Shown here: one piece after another, positions 49,814-58,259 of the stretch
Numbering within the stretch: position 1 is the first letter of the stretch
How the letters are laid out: each line of letters opens with the position of its first letter
Source of the DNA: an uncultured Alphaproteobacteria bacterium
Lineage (GTDB): Bacteria; Pseudomonadota; Alphaproteobacteria; Rhizobiales; Xanthobacteraceae
DNA: 64,000 nucleotides
Assembly (NCBI GenBank): GCA_963749625.1
Contig: CAVVNY010000011.1
Coordinates: forward strand, 28,294 to 92,293
Direction: 5' to 3'
Position numbers and translations under genes: made by a program
The notes under the pieces: generated by a model
The model's database searches: none
What the model was told of the DNA's origin: nothing
The model's input: only the letters and a program-made list of their open reading frames with translations

Positions 49814-52800
49814 ATGCGCGCCGCGGGCAAACCGGTGGCCGCGCGCACGCCTTGGTACGCCCACCCGATCCGGCTGATCGTCATCTGCGGTATTGTTCTT
49901 GTCGCGGTCGTCGTTGCGGTGACGGCGAGCCTGCTGCTGAATCTGCGTGACCGCGATCTCGCCGAAAAGGAGCGCTCGCTCGACCGGCTCGCGGTGGTGC
50001 TCGCCGAGGAAATCGATCGCAGCTTTCAGTCGATAGAACTCATCCAGATGCCCGAGATCGAGCGGATAAAGCATCTCGGTGTGGAGTTGCCGGAAGAGTT
50101 CGTGCGGCAGATGTCGGACGTTGACACGCACCAGCGTCTCAAGAATCGCATCAGCGCATTGCCTTATATCGACGCCATCGTGCTGACGGATGCCGCTGGA
50201 AGGCTGATTAATTTCTCCCGCGGTTGGCCGGCCCCGAAGGTAATAGTCCCCGATAACGACCCGCATAAGGCTTTCATTGCCGACCCGAATTTGACCGTTT
50301 TTGTCGGCGACCCGCTGCTCAGTCCGACGACCGGAGACTGGATGGTCCCGTTTGCGCGCAAGTTTACCGCCGCGAACGGAGAATTTCTGGGCGTCATAAC
50401 GGCCGTTATGAAGCTGCGGTACTTCGAGCAATATTTCGAAACGGTCGCGAATGGGCCGAATAGCTCGATTGCGCTTTTCCGCCGCGACGGAATTCTGCTT
50501 GCCCGCTATCCCCATCAAAACGCGGCCGTCGGGCGGTCCTTTCCCAAAAGCGTGTTCATGCGGCTGCTGGCGAAATCCAATCATGGCGCGGAACGCGACA
50601 TCGGCGTGATCGACGGCCAGGACCGGCTGATTTCGGCGCGCAGCCTCGCGCATTACCCGGTTGCGCTCGTGGTCACGACGACGGTCGCCGATGCGCTGGC
50701 AAATTGGAAGCGCGGCGCCATCACCATGATCGCCGCCGCATTGGTAATCGGGCTCGTGATCGGCGGCGCGGTATTTCTGTGCGTGTGGCTGGTCGGGAAA
50801 AAACTACGCGAGCATAACCTGCAGCGAGACACCGCCTTCAACTACATGTCGCAGGGCCTGGTCATGTTCGACGCGGCGGCGCGGCTGGTCGCCTGCAACG
50901 ACCGCTACCGCCAGATCTACAATTTTCCGCCGCGCTTGTTGCAGCCGGGCCGCGGATTTATCGAGTTCATCAAACACCACGTGGCGCAGGGAACGATTGC
51001 CGGCGATCCGCAGAACTACGCCGACGCCATCTTCAACAAAATCGCCGAAGGAAACGACCTGACCATCGTCGTGACGCTACGCGACGGCCGCTCGATTTCG
51101 ATCGTGAATCTGCCGATGCCCGGCGGCGGCTGGGTGTCGACACATGATGACATCACCGAGCGCAAGCGCGCCGAGGAACAACTGCATCGCACGCAAACAT
51201 TCCTCGATACCGTCATCGAGCATGTTCCCGCCGCGATATTGGTGAAGAACATACCGAACGCGACGCAAGACGCCAGTCAGTTCCGCTACAGCCTGATCAA
51301 CCGCGCCTGCGAGGAGCTTCTCGGCATTTCCCGCACGGAAATCGTCGGCAAGACCATCGGCGAAATCTATCCGGCGGAGCGGGCCAGGTTCATCATCGCC
51401 GAGAATAACGAAACGCTGCAATCGCAGCGGCCGATCATCGTCAATGACCATCTGGTCCATACCCCCGGCAATGGCATCCGGTTGGCGACGGCCAAGAGCA
51501 TCGCCATCCGGGACGACGACGGCAACGCGCAATATCTGGTGACCGTCCTGGACGACGTGACCGAGCGCCGGCGCGCGGAACAGCGCATCCGGCATATGGC
51601 GCATTACGACAGTTTGACGGACCTGCCGAACCGGGTCGCGTTCAACGAGCAGTTCGCCGTCACGCTCGACCAGGCGGCGGTGAACAATGCGCAGTTTGCG
51701 GTTCTGAGCATCGACCTCGACCACTTCAAGGAAGTCAACGATCAGTTCGGCCACTCGGTCGGCGATGCGCTGCTGCGCGAGGTCACCAGCCGCCTGCAAG
51801 CGCAATGCAGCGGCGCCTTCCTGGCGCGTATCGGCGGCGACGAATTCATGCTGATCGCCACCGAAGGCGCGCAGCCGGCGGCCGCCATGGCGCTGGCCGA
51901 TCGCCTATTGGCCGCCTTTGTCGACGATTTCGTGGTTGACGGCCGTGACTTGCAAATCGGTCTGAGCATCGGCGGCGCGGTCTATCCGGCCGACGGCCGC
52001 GACGCCAAGACGCTGATGGTCAACGCCGATACCGCGCTCTATCGCGCCAAGGCTGAAATGCGCGGGTCGGCGCTGTTCTTCGAATCCGAGATGAGCGTGC
52101 GGCAGGTCGAGCGGCTCGCTCTGCAGGCGGAATTGCGCTTGGCGCTCGCGCACGACGAACTGCTGCTGCATTATCAGCCGCAGGTGCGCATGACCGCCGA
52201 GACCATCGGCTTCGAAGCTCTGCTGCGCTGGCAGAATCCGGCCCGCGGCGCGGTTCCGCCCGACGTCTTCATTCCGCTTGCCGAGGAAAGCGGCCTTATC
52301 GTTCCGATCGGCGAATGGGTGTTGCGCGAGGCCTGCCGCGAGGCGGCGTCCTGGCCCGAGCCCTTGACCATCGCGGTCAACGTCTCACCGATCCAGTTCC
52401 GCCACGGCGACCTGCCGGCCCTCGTTCATGCCATTCTGCTGGAAACCGGCCTTGCGCCGGGCCGGCTCGAACTCGAAGTCACCGAGGGCGTGCTTATCGA
52501 CGATTTCTCGCGGGCGGTATCGATCCTGCGCCGTCTCAAATTGCTCGGGGTGCAGATCGCCTTGGACGACTTCGGCACCGGCTATTCTTCGTTGTCCTAT
52601 TTGCACTCGTTTCCCTTCGACCGGATCAAGATCGACCGCACCTTTATCGGCGACCTCGATCACAACCGCCACTCGATGGTCATCGTCCGCGCGGTCATCG
52701 GCCTCGGCCACAGCCTCGACGTTCCGATCCTCGCCGAAGGCGTCGAGACGGAAATCCAGCAGGCGATCCTGGTGCAGGAAGGCTGCGATGCGATGCAAGG

Positions 52801-52894
52801 CTATCTGACGGGCCGGCCGCAGCCGATTGCCCATTATGCCCGGCTGATCGGCCTACAGCCGGACGCCGCGCAAGAGCAAGCCGCCGCGGGCTAA
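49814..52894 (+). CDS. Cache-PAS-PAS-GGDEF-EAL diguanylate cyclase/phosphodiesterase
   Basis: Two TMs flanking a Cache-like domain, HEDITER-like PAS ends, IGGDEF, FEALLRW, DDFGTGYSS; GGAGG RBS. Confidence 0.93.
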   Translation: MRAAGKPVAARTPWYAHPIRLIVICGIVLVAVVVAVTASLLLNLRDRDLAEKERSLDRLAVVLAEEIDRSFQSIELIQMPEIERIKHLGVELPEEFVRQMSDVDTHQRLKNRISALPYIDAIVLTDAAGRLINFSRGWPAPKVIVPDNDPHKAFIADPNLTVFVGDPLLSPTTGDWMVPFARKFTAANGEFLGVITAVMKLRYFEQYFETVANGPNSSIALFRRDGILLARYPHQNAAVGRSFPKSVFMRLLAKSNHGAERDIGVIDGQDRLISARSLAHYPVALVVTTTVADALANWKRGAITMIAAALVIGLVIGGAVFLCVWLVGKKLREHNLQRDTAFNYMSQGLVMFDAAARLVACNDRYRQIYNFPPRLLQPGRGFIEFIKHHVAQGTIAGDPQNYADAIFNKIAEGNDLTIVVTLRDGRSISIVNLPMPGGGWVSTHDDITERKRAEEQLHRTQTFLDTVIEHVPAAILVKNIPNATQDASQFRYSLINRACEELLGISRTEIVGKTIGEIYPAERARFIIAENNETLQSQRPIIVNDHLVHTPGNGIRLATAKSIAIRDDDGNAQYLVTVLDDVTERRRAEQRIRHMAHYDSLTDLPNRVAFNEQFAVTLDQAAVNNAQFAVLSIDLDHFKEVNDQFGHSVGDALLREVTSRLQAQCSGAFLARIGGDEFMLIATEGAQPAAAMALADRLLAAFVDDFVVDGRDLQIGLSIGGAVYPADGRDAKTLMVNADTALYRAKAEMRGSALFFESEMSVRQVERLALQAELRLALAHDELLLHYQPQVRMTAETIGFEALLRWQNPARGAVPPDVFIPLAEESGLIVPIGEWVLREACREAASWPEPLTIAVNVSPIQFRHGDLPALVHAILLETGLAPGRLELEVTEGVLIDDFSRAVSILRRLKLLGVQIALDDFGTGYSSLSYLHSFPFDRIKIDRTFIGDLDHNRHSMVIVRAVIGLGHSLDVPILAEGVETEIQQAILVQEGCDAMQGYLTGRPQPIAHYARLIGLQPDAAQEQAAAG

Positions 52895-53101
52895 GGCGTG
52901 CGGCCGATTTCGCGTGTGCGGCAATTCACAGCCCGCGCGACGGTTTTTTGCTTCCGCCCAAATTTCTGCGTCGGCTTAACTGGCTCGCGTCATCCGGCGA
53001 TGGAGCCACGCGTGGCCGCTGAGACGGACATTGATCGGCTCACTCAGTCGAATGACGCCAAATCGATCGGAAATGCCTATACGCCGGAGTGCCGTTTCCG
53101 G

Positions 53102-53117
53102 TTAGTGCAACTTTAAC
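53102..53117. promoter_or_regulatory. Near-consensus CtrA box
   Basis: TTAG-N7-TTAAC, about 240 bp upstream of the cheY-like gene. Confidence 0.45.
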
Positions 53118-53359
53118 GGATAACGCGCAATGTAGTTATGAAGGATTGACCTGGGGATTCCAGCGTCCGGTCTACGCCCCGACATTCGGAAAGCATTTTG
53201 CTTCCCGATCGGAGTGAAGACCGCGAACGCGCATTTATTTCCGCTACCCCGGAATCCCGTGAGCGCGATGCGGCGCGACCGAAATCCCGGCGCGTCGATA
53301 TGCCGGCGACGTGTCGTATTGGTGAGGATGAATATAGGGCAACTCTGCGAGGAGCCGAA

Positions 53360-53744
53360 ATGATCGTAGATAAAAACAGCAAAGTTTTGATTGTCGACGA
53401 CAGCCGGGTCGTAAGAGGCGTGGTTGGAAAAATTCTGGCGCAATTGGGCTATAATGATTTCGATGAAGCCGTCGACGGTTCCGACGCGTTGGCAAAAATC
53501 AGCGCCACAAGGTACTCCTTGGTCATTTCGGATTGGAACATGGCGCCGATGAACGGCGAGCAGCTGCTCGAGAATCTCCGCGCGCAAGAAAGGTTCGCGA
53601 AACTGCCCGTGATCATGATGACGACCGAGCCGAGCGTCGACAAGATATCGAAAGCCAGGCACGCCCGCACCAGCAGCTTCATCGTCAAGCCGTTTGATTC
53701 CGGAGGCTCTTCAGGCGAAGATTGCCCAGTTCAATACGAAATAA
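53360..53744 (+). CDS. Orphan CheY-like response regulator; +1 frameshift near 53700
   Basis: IVDDS, ISDWNM, MMT, VKPF; corrected end EALQAKIAQFNTK-stop. Confidence 0.85.
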
Positions 53745-53883
53745 TCGGTCAGGGCCTAAAGCGGCCGTTGTTGCGTCTCGGCATTTGACGCTAAAGCGGG
53801 CAGGCGCCCGACATCCCTTTATGATTCATTGATGGCATCGGCAAATCTTTACGCGCTGCTACGTATTTTTCCCTAGCGGTCAA

Positions 53884-53898
53884 TTAAACCGCGATTAA
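53884..53898. promoter_or_regulatory. CtrA box
   Basis: Exact TTAA-ACCGCGA-TTAA, about 80 bp upstream of 53980. Confidence 0.6.
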
Positions 53899-53979
53899 TC
53901 GTCGCGTTCTAAATCAATTGCACTGCTGCGCGCGGACATGGTGTGATCGTGCGCGCCGCATTTTGACGGGATAGCCCGC

Positions 53980-54264
53980 ATGCCGAAATATCAAGTTGCC
54001 CACCTGAATGAGCAGGGGCAGGACATGGTCATTTTTCCCCTTGACGCAAAATTCGGTCGTCTGCCCGGAGCCGAGCAAGATCGGGAATTGGCTGTTCTCG
54101 GCGCGCAGGCAAACCGGGCGGGACTTCTCGGCACCGCTGTGGCGGTTTGGGACGCCGGCTACGGTCATGTGGGTTTTCGCGGGCCGGTCAAATGCTACCC
54201 GTTTCTGAGCGCCATCAACCTGCGATATGTGATGGCGAATTTGAATCGAGAGCTTTCCTGGTAG
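53980..54264 (+). CDS. Small hypothetical protein
   Basis: Clean 94-aa ORF, MPKYQVAHL..QGQDM..NLNRELSW; fills an otherwise empty gap. Confidence 0.7.
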   Translation: MPKYQVAHLNEQGQDMVIFPLDAKFGRLPGAEQDRELAVLGAQANRAGLLGTAVAVWDAGYGHVGFRGPVKCYPFLSAINLRYVMANLNRELSW

Positions 54265-54362
54265 CCTTGTCTTTTTTCAACGATCCAAAGGGGCCATAGC
54301 GATATTTTCGCACAAGGTACCTGACCCGCCCGCGCAACGGGCTTTTCCGTCATTTCGAGCCG

Positions 54363-55607
54363 TCACGCCCTGATCGCGGCCCATAAACTTTTCGACTTGC
54401 GGTCCGCCGCCATCCACCAGCCGCAAAGGCCGAGCGCCACGGCGGCCACCAGCGGTCCGGCGAGCCAGTCCCAGGCCGTCAGCGTCACCGGCAGCGCGAT
54501 CGTGCTGGCGCCGAGATGGAAGTCGCCGGCGGCGAAGCTCGCCGGATTCTCGCCCGGAAGGCTGGCCGGCAGCTTGAGGCTAATATGCGCCAGCAGAACG
54601 CTGGCGGCCACCAGCAGTCCGAGCGCGAGCAATCCGGCGATCAGCCCCTGCAGCGCCATTTCCGCCGCGATTTCGCGGCGCACTTGGTTTTGCTCCCAGC
54701 CGATCACCCGCAAAATCGCCAGTTCGCGGCTGCGCTCGACCAGATTGCCGAACACGAAGGTCGCGCCGAGCGCCAGCGCCGCGAGCGCGCCCGCCAGCAC
54801 AGCCACAAGACGGAAGCGGCCGATGGTCTGCGACACCCCGCCGAATAGTTGCAGCATGGTGCCGGGCGAGGTCACCGAGGCGTGCGACAGCCAGGTGGCG
54901 ATGTGACTTTTGACGCTTTCGGTCTGCGCCATGTCGGAGAGCTTGAGAAATACCTGATTGACCAGATTGGCGGGGAGATTGGCCAGCCGTCGCGCCTCGT
55001 CGATATCGATGTAGAAATTGCTGGCGACGATCTGGCTGCCTTCCAGAATATCGACGACGCCGGTGACGGCATAAGCTTGCCCGCCGATATCGACGCTCGA
55101 CCCCGGAGCAAGGCGGAAGAACGCCCCATAGTGCCGTTCCACCAGCGCCTCGCGCGCGCCGGGCGCCGGCAAGCGGCCCTGGATCAGCCAGTTGCGGATC
55201 TTTCCGGGCCCGAGCGTCGGCGCGTCGGGCGCCAGGGGGACGCCGGTGATGGAAATGAATCGTCCCTTGCCGAGATTCCACAACAGCACGAAGCCGGCGG
55301 CCTGGCTCACGCCCGGCTCGGCGGCGAGCCGCTTCATCTCGTCGGTGGTGATCGGCTCGGCCGAGTAGGGGAGAATGATGCCCATCTCCTTGGGCACCGC
55401 GGTCTGCGTCGCGCTGCGCTGCACGATCAGGTCGGCGCCGAGATTGCGGAATGGCACCGTCGCCAGATCGGCAAAGGCGCGGCTGAGAATGTCGAGTGTG
55501 GTGACCAGCGTCACCGCCAGCGCAATGCCTGCGATCAGCAGGGCGGTGCGCTTCCACCGGTAGGCCAGCTCACTCCCGACATAGCGCCAGTGAACCGGAC
55601 GGGTCAT
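54363..55607 (-). CDS. MacB/FtsX-type ABC permease (second)
   Basis: N-terminal TM, large periplasmic domain, ERSRELAILRVIGW, 3 C-terminal TMs. Confidence 0.88.
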   Translation of the reverse strand: MTRPVHWRYVGSELAYRWKRTALLIAGIALAVTLVTTLDILSRAFADLATVPFRNLGADLIVQRSATQTAVPKEMGIILPYSAEPITTDEMKRLAAEPGVSQAAGFVLLWNLGKGRFISITGVPLAPDAPTLGPGKIRNWLIQGRLPAPGAREALVERHYGAFFRLAPGSSVDIGGQAYAVTGVVDILEGSQIVASNFYIDIDEARRLANLPANLVNQVFLKLSDMAQTESVKSHIATWLSHASVTSPGTMLQLFGGVSQTIGRFRLVAVLAGALAALALGATFVFGNLVERSRELAILRVIGWEQNQVRREIAAEMALQGLIAGLLALGLLVAASVLLAHISLKLPASLPGENPASFAAGDFHLGASTIALPVTLTAWDWLAGPLVAAVALGLCGWWMAADRKSKSLWAAIRA

Positions 55608-55608
55608 G

Positions 55609-56028
55609 CTATTCCCCCAGCGCCGCGTTGACCGCCGCTTCGAAATCGGCGACCGACCAGGAGCCGTTGAGACCGAGCGGATTGCCGGCGCCGGTGGGGA
55701 AGTCCTTGAACACGACCAGCGTACCGTCCGGCCGCTTGAAGTGCGCGTTGCCGTTGACCAGCAGCAGGATCGGTACGTGGCCTTTTTCGCCGGCCGCCTT
55801 GATGCGCTTCTCGCCCGCGGCGCTTTCCGAATCGAACTCGACCACTTTGATTTGACCGCCGAGCTTGCCGAGGAAGTCGCGCACCGGCTTCAAGGCGTTC
55901 TGCACCGGATAGTGCGTCAGAGCGACGATTTCGACCGTCGGCTGGGCGCCGAAGGCGTCATGGAATTTCGTCAGCAGCAGAATTGCAGCGCTCGCGCCGA
56001 GCGCGAGGATGTCTCTACGCGTGGCCAT
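55609..56028 (-). CDS. Exported thioredoxin-fold-like protein without Cys
   Basis: TRRDIL signal; VEIVALTHYP in place of CxxC; GHVP cis-Pro-like loop. Confidence 0.65.
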   Translation of the reverse strand: MATRRDILALGASAAILLLTKFHDAFGAQPTVEIVALTHYPVQNALKPVRDFLGKLGGQIKVVEFDSESAAGEKRIKAAGEKGHVPILLLVNGNAHFKRPDGTLVVFKDFPTGAGNPLGLNGSWSVADFEAAVNAALGE

Positions 56029-56737
56029 CGATGATTCTCCCGTCTTTCATCTCCACGACATTGCCGGCCTTGGCCGCCACGTCGGGATCGTGCGTTACCA
56101 TCAGCAGGCCGGTGCCGTGCGTGCGGCCGAGATCGAGCAGCAGCTCGAGCACCGACGCGCCGGTCTCCTGATCGAGATTTCCGGTCGGCTCGTCCGCCAA
56201 CAGAATCGCCGGGCGGTTCATCAAAGCGCGCGCGATCGCCACGCGCTGCTGTTCGCCGCCGGAGAGCGTCGCCGGGTGGTTGTGCAGCCGTTCGCTTAAG
56301 CCCACCTGCTTGAGCAAATCGACGCCGCGTTGCCGGCGCTCCGCCACGCTCGTCTCCGTCGTAAAGAAAGTCGGCAGCAGAACATTGTCGAGCGCGGTCA
56401 ACGATGGAATAAGGCTGAAGCCCTGGAACACGATGCCGATCGAGCGGCGGCGCAAGGTCGCCAGCTCCCGGTCGCTCATGGCGGCGAGCTTGTGACCCAG
56501 GATGGACACGTCGCCTTCATCCGGCTTTTCCAGCCCGGCGATGATGCCGAGCAGGGTGCTCTTGCCGGAGCCCGACTTGCCCATGATGGCGGTGAATTGT
56601 CCGGCGTCCACGGTGAGGTCGACGCCCTTGAGAACCTCGACGTCGCCGTAGCGTTTTTTGACCCGCGCGACGCGGATGATCTCTTGTCCGGGCGCGGCGT
56701 CCGGCGCCGACTTTGCGAGCATTGCCGTATCGCTCAT
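56015..56737 (-). CDS. LolD/MacB-type ABC ATPase
   Basis: GKSGSGKST, LSGGEQQRVAIAR, LADEPTGNLD, VTHD. Confidence 0.93.
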   Translation of the reverse strand: MSDTAMLAKSAPDAAPGQEIIRVARVKKRYGDVEVLKGVDLTVDAGQFTAIMGKSGSGKSTLLGIIAGLEKPDEGDVSILGHKLAAMSDRELATLRRRSIGIVFQGFSLIPSLTALDNVLLPTFFTTETSVAERRQRGVDLLKQVGLSERLHNHPATLSGGEQQRVAIARALMNRPAILLADEPTGNLDQETGASVLELLLDLGRTHGTGLLMVTHDPDVAAKAGNVVEMKDGRIIDGHA

Positions 56738-56748
56738 GCGAGGCTCCA

Positions 56749-57996
56749 TCATTCGGCGCGCAGCAGCGACCAGGCTTGCGGCCGCGGCAGGACAAGAACG
56801 GCGAGAACCGCCAACAAACTGATCGCCAGGCTGCCGGCGCTGGCGATGGCGGCGGTCAGCCAGGAGATTGAAATCGGCGCGGTAATGGTCTGGCTGCGGT
56901 TGATCGCGGCGGCCGGAATGAAATGCGGCGTCGAACTCAGGTCCCAGGGCAGGTCGACCGTCACCGAGATGTGTCCGAGCGACAGCACGACCACCAGCGC
57001 AACCGCGAGCCCGGCCGCGGTGCCGATCACCGCCAGCGCCAGGTTCTCGATCATGACCTGCTCGCCGATATGCCGCCACGACCAGCCGATGGCTTGCAGG
57101 ATCGCCATTTCGCGCCGCCGCTCCGCCACCGAGGTCGCGGTCGCGCGCCAGACGAAGGCGGCGGCGAACAGGCCGATAATCGCCGCGCTGATCAGCCCCA
57201 TGCTTTGCGACAGGAACAGCACGCCGGCGAGGGCGTCGCGCATCGACAGTTCACTCGATACCACGCCCTTTTTGCCGATCAGGCCGGTGATCCTTTCGAC
57301 CACGCTCTGTAATTGCTCGCGGTTGACCTTGACCAGCACGAGATTGGCGTCGTCGGCGCCGAACGGATAGAGCGCGCGCACCTGCGGCGCCGCTGCCGCC
57401 AGATTTTGCGCCAGTGCCAGCGGCATATAGACGTCGGCGCGCACCAGCTTGCCGCTGCGCGCTGCATCGACAATGCCGGCGACCGGAAATGCATCGACGC
57501 CGATCTTGACGCTGTCACCGACTTTGACGTGGTTCTTGGTGGCGTAGTCGCTGTCGGCCAGGACGCTGTGGCTGCCGGCGGCGATCGGCTTGCCGTCGAT
57601 CAATCGCTGGCCGAGGCCGGCGAGGCCGACCTCGCCATCGCCGATGCCGAGTACCGAGGCGTAGCGATCCGGCTCGAGATCCCACATGTACACGCCGCGC
57701 GTCAGCGAGATAACGCCAGGAGTTGCTTTGATCTGCGCGACAATGCCGGCCGGAATCAGCGCATTCGGGTGGGGAAACACCAGCCCTTCGAGCTTGGGTG
57801 GGATGTCGCCTTGCTGCTGCACGATCACATCGGCGCCGACCGTCTCGATCGGCACGCGCAGCGCGCGCGCATAGGAGCTTGCCAGCGATGTGAGGACGAT
57901 GGCTGCGAGCACGGCTAGCGCAATGCTGACGGCGGTTACCAGCGAGCGGCCGCTGCGGAACCGAAGTTCGTTCACCGCGTAGCGAAGGACAGCCAT
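56749..57996 (-). CDS. MacB/FtsX-type ABC permease (first)
   Basis: ERRREMAILQAIGW; same topology as 54363..55607. Confidence 0.88.
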   Translation of the reverse strand: MAVLRYAVNELRFRSGRSLVTAVSIALAVLAAIVLTSLASSYARALRVPIETVGADVIVQQQGDIPPKLEGLVFPHPNALIPAGIVAQIKATPGVISLTRGVYMWDLEPDRYASVLGIGDGEVGLAGLGQRLIDGKPIAAGSHSVLADSDYATKNHVKVGDSVKIGVDAFPVAGIVDAARSGKLVRADVYMPLALAQNLAAAAPQVRALYPFGADDANLVLVKVNREQLQSVVERITGLIGKKGVVSSELSMRDALAGVLFLSQSMGLISAAIIGLFAAAFVWRATATSVAERRREMAILQAIGWSWRHIGEQVMIENLALAVIGTAAGLAVALVVVLSLGHISVTVDLPWDLSSTPHFIPAAAINRSQTITAPISISWLTAAIASAGSLAISLLAVLAVLVLPRPQAWSLLRAE

Positions 57997-58044
57997 CGCA
58001 GTTCCTTTCGGAACATCGCTCGGTAGCTATTCGATTGGGAGGAT

Positions 58045-58057
58045 TAAGTCATTGATT
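58045..58057 (-). promoter_or_regulatory. IHF consensus site
   Basis: Minus strand AATCAATGACTTA matches WATCAANNNNTTR, 49 bp upstream of the ABC operon. Confidence 0.45.
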
Positions 58058-58259
58058 TAGGTCAGCCACCGCGTGACCGTCGGTAGGCGCAAATTGTCAC
58101 AGATGTTTGCCTATGCCGGAGAATTTTGTGACAGAATGTGTCTTACGTATCCGAGTAGGCTGATTAACGCGCGACAAATGGCCGATTCGGGCCCTAAACC
58201 GCACATTCCGCGGACATCATGGAATGCCCGCTCGTGACCGAAATCGGCATCCTCGGAAA

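Noticed and set aside
53198-53788. 196-aa response regulator with N- and C-terminal extensions
   Set aside because: The GGAG RBS supports ATG 53360, and the C-terminal extension results from the frameshift near 53700.
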